Below are positions 1-8,413 of a stretch of 64,000 bases of DNA, in pieces. Each line of letters starts with the position of its first letter. Positions within the stretch are counted from its first letter, which is position 1. Made by a program: the position numbers and the translations under genes. The notes below the pieces were generated by a model, which worked only from the letters and a program-made list of their open reading frames with translations, was not told the origin of the DNA and did not search any database. The DNA comes from Patescibacteria group bacterium (lineage in GTDB: Bacteria > Patescibacteriota > WWE3 > UBA101185 > UBA10185): positions 29,232 through 93,231 of the forward strand of contig JBHPFT010000001.1 of assembly GCA_042571445.1 (NCBI GenBank). The letters run 5' to 3'.

Positions 1-2196
1 GTTATTGCTCTGGTTTTTCTACTACTTGCTATTATTAGTTTGGTATCCTTTTTTGCCTCTTCTTACTATGTAAATTCTAAGGTTTTGGGTTTTCTTCAAA
101 AGATTTTTGGTAATGCAGCAATCATTTTTCCTTTTTTACTTGCAAGCGTAGGGGCTTTATTTGTTGATAAGTTAAAAATTAAGTTCAAGGAAGGAAGAAT
201 TTTACTTTCCTTGGGCTTGATGTTATTTTCCCTTTCTACTCTTTTTCACATTTTTATCTCTGAAGAAAAAGCCTACGAAGTAGCTATTAAAGGAGGGGGT
301 GGAGGACTATTTGGGTATAGATCAGTAGGTATATTAGTCTCAAGCGTAGGCAAGGTTAGTGGAGTACTCATAATATTAATACTTCTAGTGATTTCCGGTA
401 TTCTTCTTTTTAATATTTCTTTTGATAGAATCATAAAACTTCTAAGTGAGAGTAAGGTCTTTGGTAAGTTTATTGAGATTCTAAAAAAGATTTTTCCTTT
501 TAAAAAGAAAGTGAAAGAAGAGGGAGATGTTGAGGTTGTGGATACAATGGGGTCTGAGGAACTCACTGTTATGGAAGATGAGGAGGAAGAAGATGAGGGC
601 GAGCCTTCGTTTGAAATTGTTCCTTCTATGGCGGAGCCCCAACGTGGGCCAGGAGGAGACTCTGCAGTACCAGGGGAAATTAATTCCCAACCATCATTAG
701 GTTTTTCTTCATTTCCTTCAGACAAGATTTGGCAGTATCCTCCCCTTGAGTTGTTATCGGATCCACCACCAAAAATGAAAGATGATTCTGATGTTGAAAA
801 GAGAATAAAAATAATTAAAGGTACTCTTAAGTCTTTTGGTGTTGAGGTTGAGGTGGCCGACGTTAGAGTAGGATCTTCTGTCACCCAATATGTTGTTAAA
901 CCAAAGTCTGTCACAAAGATCTCAAGAATTTCAAGTCTTCAGGATAACTTGGCATTGGCTTTAGCATCTCCAACTGGATCAGTAAGAATAGAAGCCCCAA
1001 TTCCTGGTAAATCAGCTATTGGTATTGAAGTACCAAACACAAATAGAACGTTAGTTTCCTTCAAACATCTCATTACTTCAGACACCATGAAGAGTATGAA
1101 GTCAAAGCTTGGAATTGTTCTTGGGGAAAGTGTTTCAGGTAAGGTTCTAGGTTATGACATTGGAAAAATGCCCCATCTTCTAATTGCGGGAACTACTGGT
1201 TCTGGAAAATCTGTTTTTATTCATAATTTGTTATTTTCGATACTGTATAGAGCTACTCCATCTGAAGTAAAACTAATTATTGTTGATCCAAAGAGGGTAG
1301 AGCTTATTCACTATCAGGGTATTCCACATCTTTTAACACCTGTTGTTACTGATATGGAAAAGGCTCCATCAGTATTTAGATGGGCTGATGCTGAAGTGAC
1401 AAAAAGATACAAACTTTTTGAACAGGCAAAAGTCAGAAATATTGACGCATACAATGAGAAATCAGGGATCCAAGTTATGCCATATATTCTAATAGTGGTT
1501 GATGAATTAAGTGACATAATGACTAGAGATCCAGCGGGAATAGAAAAAAGTATCATAAGAATAGCTCAACTTGCTAGGGCCACAGGAATTCATCTTGTTA
1601 TGGCTGTTCAGAGACCATCTACAGATATTATTACTGGTCTTATAAAAGCAAATATTCCTTGTAGAGCAGCGTTTCAGGTACTAAGTCAGGTTGACTCAAG
1701 AGTAATTATTGATCAGCCTGGTGCAGAAAAACTTCTTGGTAAAGGAGATATGCTTTTTGTTCCTCCGGATCTTTTAAAACCAACTCGTCTTCAAGGAGCC
1801 TTTATCTCAGATAGGGAGATAGAGTCGCTAGTTGAATATCTTAAAAAGCAGGGGATGGAGCCTGATTATAAAGAAGAGGTGCTTGTAACTCCTACAAACG
1901 CGAGAAGAGGAAATGGTTCTAAGACTTGGGGAAGTGATGTAGATGAGCTTTTTGATGATGCTGTAGAGATAGTTATATCGGCGGATAAAGCGTCAGCATC
2001 TCTTCTCCAAAGAAAATTATCCATAGGATATGCAAGAGCAGCAAGAATTATTGATGAAATGGAAGAAAAAGAGGTTATTGGTCCTCCAGTTAGTGGTAGT
2101 AGAGGGAGAGAGGTATTAATCTCTTCCATACCAGATAAAAATATTGAAGGGATAGTTCTTGATGAAGGGGAAGTATCAGAGAGTTTAGATGAATAA
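1..2196 (+). CDS. ftsK: DNA translocase FtsK/SpoIIIE (probably 5'-truncated by window edge)
   Basis: N-terminal TM helices, acidic linker, PHLLIAGTTGSGKS Walker A, VVDELSD Walker B, QRPS, C-terminal gamma domain (ASASLLQRKLSIGYARAARI). Frame is open back to base 1. Confidence 0.95.
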   Translation, partial: VIALVFLLLAIISLVSFFASSYYVNSKVLGFLQKIFGNAAIIFPFLLASVGALFVDKLKIKFKEGRILLSLGLMLFSLSTLFHIFISEEKAYEVAIKGGGGGLFGYRSVGILVSSVGKVSGVLIILILLVISGILLFNISFDRIIKLLSESKVFGKFIEILKKIFPFKKKVKEEGDVEVVDTMGSEELTVMEDEEEEDEGEPSFEIVPSMAEPQRGPGGDSAVPGEINSQPSLGFSSFPSDKIWQYPPLELLSDPPPKMKDDSDVEKRIKIIKGTLKSFGVEVEVADVRVGSSVTQYVVKPKSVTKISRISSLQDNLALALASPTGSVRIEAPIPGKSAIGIEVPNTNRTLVSFKHLITSDTMKSMKSKLGIVLGESVSGKVLGYDIGKMPHLLIAGTTGSGKSVFIHNLLFSILYRATPSEVKLIIVDPKRVELIHYQGIPHLLTPVVTDMEKAPSVFRWADAEVTKRYKLFEQAKVRNIDAYNEKSGIQVMPYILIVVDELSDIMTRDPAGIEKSIIRIAQLARATGIHLVMAVQRPSTDIITGLIKANIPCRAAFQVLSQVDSRVIIDQPGAEKLLGKGDMLFVPPDLLKPTRLQGAFISDREIESLVEYLKKQGMEPDYKEEVLVTPTNARRGNGSKTWGSDVDELFDDAVEIVISADKASASLLQRKLSIGYARAARIIDEMEEKEVIGPPVSGSRGREVLISSIPDKNIEGIVLDEGEVSESLDE

Positions 2197-2218
2197 CAAG
2201 GAATTTTCTACAGATATA

Positions 2219-2287
2219 ATGAAAAATGTAGTATTTCTTTTATTTGCGATCGTTGTAATCTTGGGATTAAAGCTTCTAATAGGCTAA
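2219..2287 (+). CDS. putative 22-aa single-TM small protein MKNVVFLLFAIVVILGLKLLIG (not in ORF track)
   Basis: ATG at 2219, TAA at 2285-2287; fills most of the ftsK-prfB gap; uniformly hydrophobic; stop overlaps the prfB stop by 4 nt (CTAA). Confidence 0.45.
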   Translation: MKNVVFLLFAIVVILGLKLLIG

Positions 2288-3288
2288 AGTTTTATCTCCG
2301 CCTCAATAAAAACATCCAAATTTCCATTTAATATTTCTTCTGGGTCTGTGCTTTCCACGTTGGTCCTTAAATCTTTAACAAGCTTATATGGGTGAAGTAC
2401 ATAGTTTCTAATCTGGTTTCCCCAACCAGGAGTTTTATAGTCTCCTTTAAGCTCTCCTTTTTCTTCTTCCATCTTTTCTTGTTCTTTCTGATAAAGTTTA
2501 GACCTAAGAATCTTTAGGGCTTTCTCTCTATTTCTACCTTGGTGCCTTTCTTCTTGGCACTCCACAATTATTCCGGTAGGTATGTGTTTTACTCTTACTG
2601 CAGTAGATACTTTATTAACATTTTGGCCTCCTCTACCCCCTGATCTAAAGAAATCCCACTCCAAATCCTCATCTTTTATCTCTATTTCTATATTCTCTTC
2701 AATAATTGGAATTACCTCTATCAAGGCAAAAGAAGTTTGTCTTAAGTTATCTGCATTAAATGGAGACTGTCTAACAAGCCTGTGAACGCCACCTTCATTT
2801 TTTAGGAATCCATAAGCATAGGATCCTTCTATCTCTAATACTGCTGTTTTAATTCCTGCCTCTTCTCCCGGAGCTCTTGTTATCTCTTTTACATCCCAGT
2901 TTTTTATCTCTGCATATCTTTTATACATTCTGAGAAGCATTTCAGACCAATCCATAGCCTCTGTGCCACCTTGTCCTGCATGTATTGAGAGAAGGGCGTT
3001 AGAATTATCGTGGTCACTAGAAAGGAAAGTTTTTAATTCAAGCTTTCTAATTTCTTCTTCAAACTTCTTCGTATCGTCTTCTTCTGCATACATTTTTAAC
3101 ATCTCATAATCTTCAATTTCTGTTTCCAAAACACCTAATTCCTTTGATAAATTCTGCCCCTCTTCCCAATTTTTCCACACTTCTTCTTCACCAAGTTTTT
3201 CTTTTAGATCCTTAATTTGCCTTCTCTTATCTTCTATCTGAAGAGTATTTTTGAGTTGTTCTAATCTTTTATCTAGTTTCTCACTCAT
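2284..3288 (-). CDS. prfB: peptide chain release factor 2
   Basis: SPF motif (VRQSPFNAD), GGQ (GGRGGQNVNK), WGNQIRNY; single uninterrupted ORF. Confidence 0.96.
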   Translation of the reverse strand: MSEKLDKRLEQLKNTLQIEDKRRQIKDLKEKLGEEEVWKNWEEGQNLSKELGVLETEIEDYEMLKMYAEEDDTKKFEEEIRKLELKTFLSSDHDNSNALLSIHAGQGGTEAMDWSEMLLRMYKRYAEIKNWDVKEITRAPGEEAGIKTAVLEIEGSYAYGFLKNEGGVHRLVRQSPFNADNLRQTSFALIEVIPIIEENIEIEIKDEDLEWDFFRSGGRGGQNVNKVSTAVRVKHIPTGIIVECQEERHQGRNREKALKILRSKLYQKEQEKMEEEKGELKGDYKTPGWGNQIRNYVLHPYKLVKDLRTNVESTDPEEILNGNLDVFIEAEIKL

Positions 3289-3295
3289 ATAGCTA

Positions 3296-3301
3296 ATTAT
3301 A
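3296..3301 (-). promoter_or_regulatory. -10 element TATAAT, 7 nt upstream of prfB ATG (leaderless-type promoter)
   Basis: Minus strand reads gggTATAATtagctatATG; no SD. Confidence 0.55.
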
Positions 3302-3304
3302 CCC

Positions 3305-3883
3305 TTACATTTCTATTGCTTCGAACACAAAATCAAACAGTGCAGTAGCCCCTTGCTTTGTCTCACTCATATTTTCTGTAGAGAATCTAATAACTAAAGG
3401 TTTTGCTTGCCCGGGATTAAAATTACCCAAAGCAATTCCTTCGGTTTTCCACTTCACAATGGTTTTCTTTCCTAAACTGTTCGGGTATTCCCCAGGATCT
3501 GCAACTCCGTCGTTGTTTGCATCAGACCACTCAAAGATCTCTGCATAGATATCTTGCCTAATATCTTGAGGATCATTTATGGTTTCATAATCTGCATTAG
3601 ACATCATCGATAATGAGGTAGTTCCACCATTAACTAATTTTATTGGGTAATCTTGTTGCCATGTTTGACCAATGTTATCAAATGAGGGCCCCGCAATTTC
3701 ATCGACTAAGTTAGCAGGGTTGGTGCCTTGGGTAGGATCGGACATAATCTTTACATCGGCACTTGCTACACTAAAGGATGACCCCAGTACTGTTCCCTCA
3801 TCAGAAAAAGCTGCGTACACAATACCTGCTGCTACTAGTATCAAGATGGTAGTAAACCCATACATAAAATGTTTTCTTTTCAT
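3305..3883 (-). CDS. TasA/CalY-like secreted protein with SipW-type signal peptide
   Basis: MKRKH + hydrophobic core + VYAAFSDEGTVLGSSFSVASADVKI resembles the TasA-family TxAxFSD...NxFxAGxLDL signature; NGGT and C-terminal QGATALFDFVFEA strand; DANNDG motif; SD GGGGGTGA supports ATG at 3883. Confidence 0.7.
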   Translation of the reverse strand: MKRKHFMYGFTTILILVAAGIVYAAFSDEGTVLGSSFSVASADVKIMSDPTQGTNPANLVDEIAGPSFDNIGQTWQQDYPIKLVNGGTTSLSMMSNADYETINDPQDIRQDIYAEIFEWSDANNDGVADPGEYPNSLGKKTIVKWKTEGIALGNFNPGQAKPLVIRFSTENMSETKQGATALFDFVFEAIEM

Positions 3884-3927
3884 ATAAATCACCCCCTTTT
3901 AACCAAGAATTAATATTTAGTGGATAC

Positions 3928-3956
3928 AATGTAGGTTATTGCAATGGGGGTATCAA
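3928..3956 (-). promoter_or_regulatory. sigma70-type promoter for the TasA-like gene
   Basis: Minus strand TTGATA-17 nt-TACATT; spacer contains the palindrome ATTGCAAT (3938-3945). Confidence 0.5.
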
Positions 3957-3983
3957 TATATCTCCCTCTACCGAGAGTGGAAT

Positions 3984-4259
3984 ATGAGACAGCTAAGTCA
4001 AAAGATCAGGCAGGTCCGTGAAGAATATAATCTATCTCAAGAGCGTTTTGGTAAAAAAGTGGGTATTTCTGGGAAGGCGGTATCTTCTTATGAAACCGGG
4101 CGTTCAGTACCACCATTGCATGTGATAGAAAGGATAGCAGACACATATGATACCAGTTTTTTACAACTAAAAGATGAGAAAAAGACAGATTTGGAGCTAA
4201 AAATACAACAAATAAAGAATTCTCTAGGGGAAATAGAAAACATATTGATAGGAGAGTGA
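3984..4259 (+). CDS. XRE/Cro-C1 family HTH transcriptional regulator
   Basis: KIRQVREEYNLSQERFGKKVGISGKAVSSYETGRSVP is a classic HTH_3 pattern; C-terminal amphipathic helix; ATG 3984 preferred over the TTG at 3939. Confidence 0.88.
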   Translation: MRQLSQKIRQVREEYNLSQERFGKKVGISGKAVSSYETGRSVPPLHVIERIADTYDTSFLQLKDEKKTDLELKIQQIKNSLGEIENILIGE

Positions 4260-4260
4260 A

Positions 4261-4731
4261 TTATCTCTTTGAGTATTGAGGTCTTTTTCTAGCCTTGTGT
4301 AGGTAATACTTCTTTCTTTCTACCATTCTTGGGTCTCTTGTGAGTAGACCATCTTTTCTTAAGGCTTTTTGATTTTCTTCACTAAGTGTAGCTAAAGCTC
4401 TTGATATTCCGTGAACCACGGCCCCAAGCTGTGCTGACTTTCCAGATCCTGCTACTTTTATACTTGCAGAAAACTTGGCTTCAGGATGGGCTACTCCAAC
4501 AGTATGGAATGGCCTAACCCACTCAAGCTGATCTACCTCAGAAGGGAAGTATTCTGTAATAGGCTTATCATTAACAGTAAATTCGCCCTTGGATTGCCAT
4601 AAAAATACTCTTGCAGTAGCTGTTTTTCTTCTACCAGTGCCTGAGATAAAACCTTTTTTAAGCTTCTTAGGCTTTTTAGGTGTTTCTATCACTACTTCTT
4701 CGGTTGTTTCTTTCTTATTTTCCTCTGGCAT
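4261..4731 (-). CDS. rpsI: 30S ribosomal protein S9
   Basis: GTGRRKTATARV, LTRDPRMVERKK, PQYSKR; ATG at 4731. Confidence 0.97.
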   Translation of the reverse strand: MPEENKKETTEEVVIETPKKPKKLKKGFISGTGRRKTATARVFLWQSKGEFTVNDKPITEYFPSEVDQLEWVRPFHTVGVAHPEAKFSASIKVAGSGKSAQLGAVVHGISRALATLSEENQKALRKDGLLTRDPRMVERKKYYLHKARKRPQYSKR

Positions 4732-5161
4732 CTTCTTTTTTAGCACTAAACTGTGCCTCGTGAGGGTGTTTATCCCCTACGTAAACATATAAATTAGCTA
4801 TTCTTTCCTTTTTTAACTTGTTATCAGGAAGCATTCTTTTTACAGCTTTCCTAATAACCTCAGTAGGTCTTCTTTTTTTTAAACTTTCTAAGGCTTCTGT
4901 CTTTAAACCACCTGGATATCCTGTGTGTCTGTGATAGAGCTTATCTTTTAGTTTCTTTCCTGTAACACCAATTCTCTCTGCATTAATTACAACAACTTTA
5001 TCCCCCCAGTTTTGATTGGGAACCTGCTGCACTTTGTCTTTTCCTATGAGAAGGGATGCAACTTCGGTTGCCATTCTTCCCAACACTTTGCCGTCTGCAT
5101 TAACTAAGTGCCATTTAAGCTCTCTATCTTTCATTTTAGGTACGGTTGTATTATTTTTCAT
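4715..5161 (-). CDS. rplM: 50S ribosomal protein L13
   Basis: WHLVNADGKVLGRMA, GDKVVVINA, HTGYPGGLK, HPHEAQ. Confidence 0.97.
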   Translation of the reverse strand: MKNNTTVPKMKDRELKWHLVNADGKVLGRMATEVASLLIGKDKVQQVPNQNWGDKVVVINAERIGVTGKKLKDKLYHRHTGYPGGLKTEALESLKKRRPTEVIRKAVKRMLPDNKLKKERIANLYVYVGDKHPHEAQFSAKKEDARGK

Positions 5162-5597
5162 TTTTTTCTACCTTTTTCTTTGGAGAAGCTTTCTTCACCT
5201 CTTCCTTTTTGGTTTCCTTTCCCTTAACCAATTCAATTCTAGCTGTAGGAGCTTTGTCTCCATCTCTTTCACCGGTTTTAACTATCCTTGTGTATCCACC
5301 AGCTCTGTTTAGATATTTTGGAGCTACTTCTTCAATAAGTTTTTTAATTGTTTCTTCGTTTCTTAGATACTTTCTAAGGTCCTTTACAGTGTTGAACTTA
5401 ACCAGCTTATCCCCACCTTTATGAGGTTTTTTAGCTTTAGTGATAAGTTTCTCAACAAAAGGTCTTAAAACCTTGGCCTTTGATAAGGTTGTGTTTATCT
5501 TTCCGTGTTCAATAAGCTGAGATGAGAGGTTAGACATAAGGGCTTTTCTGTGTTCTTTATCTCTTCCCAATATCTTTTTTGTTACCCTATGTCTCAT
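5151..5597 (-). CDS. rplQ: 50S ribosomal protein L17
   Basis: MRHR, LGRDKEHRKAL, EKLITKAK, GGYTRIVK; Lys-rich tail. Confidence 0.97.
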   Translation of the reverse strand: MRHRVTKKILGRDKEHRKALMSNLSSQLIEHGKINTTLSKAKVLRPFVEKLITKAKKPHKGGDKLVKFNTVKDLRKYLRNEETIKKLIEEVAPKYLNRAGGYTRIVKTGERDGDKAPTARIELVKGKETKKEEVKKASPKKKVEKNEK

Positions 5598-5606
5598 GAA
5601 GCTCTC

Positions 5607-6524
5607 CTATTCTCTAAAACCCTCTTTTTCTAAAAGATCCTTAATCTCAGAGAGTGATTTCTCACCAACATTCTTAATATCAGCAAGATCCTCATCATTC
5701 TTTTCTGCTAGTTGATGAAGTGTTTCGATATTACTCTTTTTAAGTGCATTTATAGTTCTAGTTTGAAGAGGAAGCTCATCTACAGAAATATCTTCTGAGG
5801 GTCCTACTTTTTTAACTCGAATCTCTTCTTCTTTTTCAGGCTCTGTTTGCCAGATTTCGAAAGTACTATAGTAGTTTTTAAGAATTTGAGAAGCCTTAAC
5901 TATCGCTTCTTTTGGAGAAACACTCCCATCTGTTTCTATATTAATAATTATCTTATCAAGGTCAGTTCTTCCACCGAATCTTGTTGGTTCTACTTGGTAA
6001 TTTGCATTGAGTACAGGAGAAAAAAGGGCGTCCATAACAATAACTCCAACTTTTTGTGTTTGTCTCTCTTCCATGGGGGAGTATCCAACACCTGGTTCTA
6101 CGATGAGCTCAATCTCAATGCTTGATTTAGAGTCAGCTAGGGTTGCAATATGTTGATCTTTATTCATGACTTCTAATTCCCCGGGAACTTCAATATCTTT
6201 CGCAGTAACTTCTCCACCACCCTTTTTGACTATAGAGGCTATAACAGGATCATCAGAGTGAATATTAAATCTAACTTTTTTTAGATTTAAAGTTAGCTCA
6301 ACAACATCCTCTTTTACACCAGGGATGGTTGTAAATTGATGACTAACACTGGGTATTTTGATTTGGGTTATAGCTGCTCCCTCAATACTTGTTAAAAGAA
6401 CTCTTCTTAGAGCATTACCAAGTGTGTAACCAAAACCTGTTGGTAGGGGTTCAAAAGAATATGATCCTTTATTTCCCTTTTCTTCTATCTCTTTGACTTT
6501 TAAATTTTCTTTTGTAACTTCCAT
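5607..6524 (-). CDS. rpoA: RNA polymerase alpha subunit
   Basis: EPLPTGFGYTLGNALRRVLL, GVKEDV, DALFSPV, alpha-CTD (NVGEKSLSEI). Confidence 0.97.
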   Translation of the reverse strand: MEVTKENLKVKEIEEKGNKGSYSFEPLPTGFGYTLGNALRRVLLTSIEGAAITQIKIPSVSHQFTTIPGVKEDVVELTLNLKKVRFNIHSDDPVIASIVKKGGGEVTAKDIEVPGELEVMNKDQHIATLADSKSSIEIELIVEPGVGYSPMEERQTQKVGVIVMDALFSPVLNANYQVEPTRFGGRTDLDKIIINIETDGSVSPKEAIVKASQILKNYYSTFEIWQTEPEKEEEIRVKKVGPSEDISVDELPLQTRTINALKKSNIETLHQLAEKNDEDLADIKNVGEKSLSEIKDLLEKEGFRE

Positions 6525-6542
6525 AAAATCCTCCTTAAAAAT

Positions 6543-7151
6543 TTATCTAGAATAGAACTCAATTATAGATTGAACATCTATTCTTTCCTGAAGGTCATCC
6601 GATGTAGGTAACCTTAAATATTTTACATACTTTTCTTTAACGTTTGCACTAATCCATTCAGGCAGTACGAAGCCTTCTTTTAGATGAAGCTTCTCAAAAC
6701 TAACGGGTTTTATTATATCACCTGGTTTTAATTGTTGTGATGGTGTTCTAACTTCCTTATCGTTCACTAAGAATAGTCCTCTTCTAACAAATTGTCTTGC
6801 TTGTGCTCTAGAAACAGACAAACCACTTCTGTATACCATATTATCAATTCTAGACTCTAACTTATGCATTAAAGCGTTTCCAGCAATCCCTTTCATTTTT
6901 AAAGATTCTTCAACATATTTTCTGAACTGTCTTTCTAAAAGCCCATATATTCTTTTTGCTTTTTGTTTTTCTCTAAGCTGCTTTCCATATTCAGATTGGT
7001 TTCTTCTTCTTCTTCCTAGTCCATGTTGTCCTGGGGGCTGAGGTCTTTTTTCAAAAGCACACTTCTCAGAATCACATCTAGCGCCTTTTAAGTAAAGTTT
7101 CATTCCCTCTCTTCTACATAATCTACATTTTGGTCCAGTGTATCTTGCCAT
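6543..7151 (-). CDS. rpsD: 30S ribosomal protein S4 (Zn-binding type)
   Basis: MARYTGPKCRLCRREG, QLREKQK, IIEFYSR; start at ATG 7151. Confidence 0.97.
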   Translation of the reverse strand: MARYTGPKCRLCRREGMKLYLKGARCDSEKCAFEKRPQPPGQHGLGRRRRNQSEYGKQLREKQKAKRIYGLLERQFRKYVEESLKMKGIAGNALMHKLESRIDNMVYRSGLSVSRAQARQFVRRGLFLVNDKEVRTPSQQLKPGDIIKPVSFEKLHLKEGFVLPEWISANVKEKYVKYLRLPTSDDLQERIDVQSIIEFYSR

Positions 7152-7152
7152 A

Positions 7153-7533
7153 TTACATCCTTCTCTTATTCTTTGGTCTACACCCATTATGTGGCATAGG
7201 GGTTTGATCAGAAATAGATACAACATTAAGTCCGGAAGCCTTAAGTGCCTTCACAGAAGATATTCTTCCAAGTCCTGGACCTTTAATAAAAACGGATAGT
7301 TCTCTCATACCAGCATCAAATGCTTCTGCTCCAACCTTTTCCGCAGCTTTAGTTGCAGCATATGGAGTAGACTTTCTACTACCCTTGAAACCAACTTTTC
7401 CAGAACTACCAAAAAAGAGGGTGTTACCCCCATTATCTGTAATAGTAATAATAGTATTATTCATACCAGCAGTAATGTATGCTTTACCACTTGGTGTAAT
7501 ATTCTTTTTTGTTTTCTTTTTACCTTTTGGCAT
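7153..7533 (-). CDS. rpsK: 30S ribosomal protein S11
   Basis: NNTIITITD, GFKGSRKSTPYAA, TPMPHNGCRP. Confidence 0.97.
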   Translation of the reverse strand: MPKGKKKTKKNITPSGKAYITAGMNNTIITITDNGGNTLFFGSSGKVGFKGSRKSTPYAATKAAEKVGAEAFDAGMRELSVFIKGPGLGRISSVKALKASGLNVVSISDQTPMPHNGCRPKNKRRM

Positions 7534-7919
7534 TATGTCTTAGTTAATTTTCTCTTTAAACCTCCTACAGTTTTCTTTTTACCTTTTCTTGTTCTAGCGT
7601 TAGTTCTTGTTCTTTGGCCTCTGACTGGTAGACCAAGATGATGTCTTAAACCTCTGTAGCTTTTAATCTCTTTTAATCTTCTGATATTTTGAGTTACTTC
7701 TCTTCTAAGTTCTCCCTCAACACTAACTTCCATTTCGTTGATAGTTTTAGTGATGTTAGCAACTTCGCTATCTTTTAGATCTTTTGCTCTTGTATCAGGG
7801 TTTATACCTACTTTTTTTAATATTTCTTGTGAGGTTGTTAAACCAATACCCTTAACATAAGTTAGTGATACTTCTATTCTTTTACCTTCTGGTATGTCCA
7901 CACCTTTAATTCTTGGCAT
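7533..7919 (-). CDS. rpsM: 30S ribosomal protein S13
   Basis: [31 protein letters not shown]. Confidence 0.97.
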   Translation of the reverse strand: MPRIKGVDIPEGKRIEVSLTYVKGIGLTTSQEILKKVGINPDTRAKDLKDSEVANITKTINEMEVSVEGELRREVTQNIRRLKEIKSYRGLRHHLGLPVRGQRTRTNARTRKGKKKTVGGLKRKLTKT

Positions 7920-7920
7920 A

Positions 7921-8037
7921 TTAACCCTGTCTTTGCTTGTGTTTAGGATTTCTCTTACAAATAACCCTAACCACGCCCTTTCTTCTTATAACTTTGCAAT
8001 TTCTGCAAATTGGTTTTACAGATGCTCTAACTTTCAT
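7921..8037 (-). CDS. rpmJ: 50S ribosomal protein L36 (missed by ORF track)
   Basis: Manual translation [38 protein letters not shown], in the canonical position between infA and rpsM. Confidence 0.97.
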   Translation of the reverse strand: MKVRASVKPICRNCKVIRRKGVVRVICKRNPKHKQRQG

Positions 8038-8050
8038 ATTTATATTAAAT

Positions 8051-8269
8051 TTACTTTAAACGGTAAGTAATTCTACCTCTAGTGAGGTCATGAGGAGAAA
8101 ATTCTACACGAACTTTATCTCCTACCAAAACCCTAATATGAGCTTTCCTCATTTTCCCTGATATCATGGCCAAAGCTTCAGTTTCATCATCGAACTGAAT
8201 TTTGAACATTCCGCTCATTAGAGTCTCTACAACTTTACCGTCTTTTGTAACTGTATCCTTTGTACTCAT
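8051..8269 (-). CDS. infA: translation initiation factor IF-1
   Basis: [35 protein letters not shown]. Confidence 0.97.
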   Translation of the reverse strand: MSTKDTVTKDGKVVETLMSGMFKIQFDDETEALAMISGKMRKAHIRVLVGDKVRVEFSPHDLTRGRITYRLK

Positions 8270-8288
8270 TAAATAAACGACGCGCTAG

Positions 8289-8317
8289 ATTGTATCAAAG
8301 CCTGGAATTTACGTCAA
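8289..8317 (-). promoter_or_regulatory. sigma70-type promoter of the infA/alpha operon
   Basis: Minus strand TTGACG-17 nt-TACAAT with TGn extension. Confidence 0.7.
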
Positions 8318-8377
8318 TAACAACTTAAAGACAGGTTTACAGATCTAGAGCCATGCATCCTATGTTACCATTATATA

Positions 8378-8406
8378 TTGAAAATGCAACAAAAAACGGC
8401 TTTAAT
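8378..8406 (+). promoter_or_regulatory. serS promoter (leaderless-type)
   Basis: TTGAAA-17 nt-TTTAAT, then 7 nt to ATG 8414. Confidence 0.6.
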
Positions 8407-8413
8407 ATAAAGG

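Noticed and set aside
273-914. 213-aa Ser-rich antisense ORF, and the many other 60-170 aa shadow ORFs opposite core genes
   Set aside because: They lie antisense to or out of frame within well-supported genes; their composition mirrors the sense codons (poly-Ser from poly-Glu) and they show no motifs.
7152-7226. Extended N-termini in the ORF track for rpsD (also rpsI, rplC, rplD, rplW, rplX, XRE, 54346)
   Set aside because: Alternative upstream starts mostly overlap neighbouring genes or promoters; conserved N-termini or SD sites indicate the downstream ATGs.
8320-8377. Replication origin in the infA-serS divergent spacer
   Set aside because: No TTATCCACA-like DnaA boxes; the spacer is explained by two divergent promoters.
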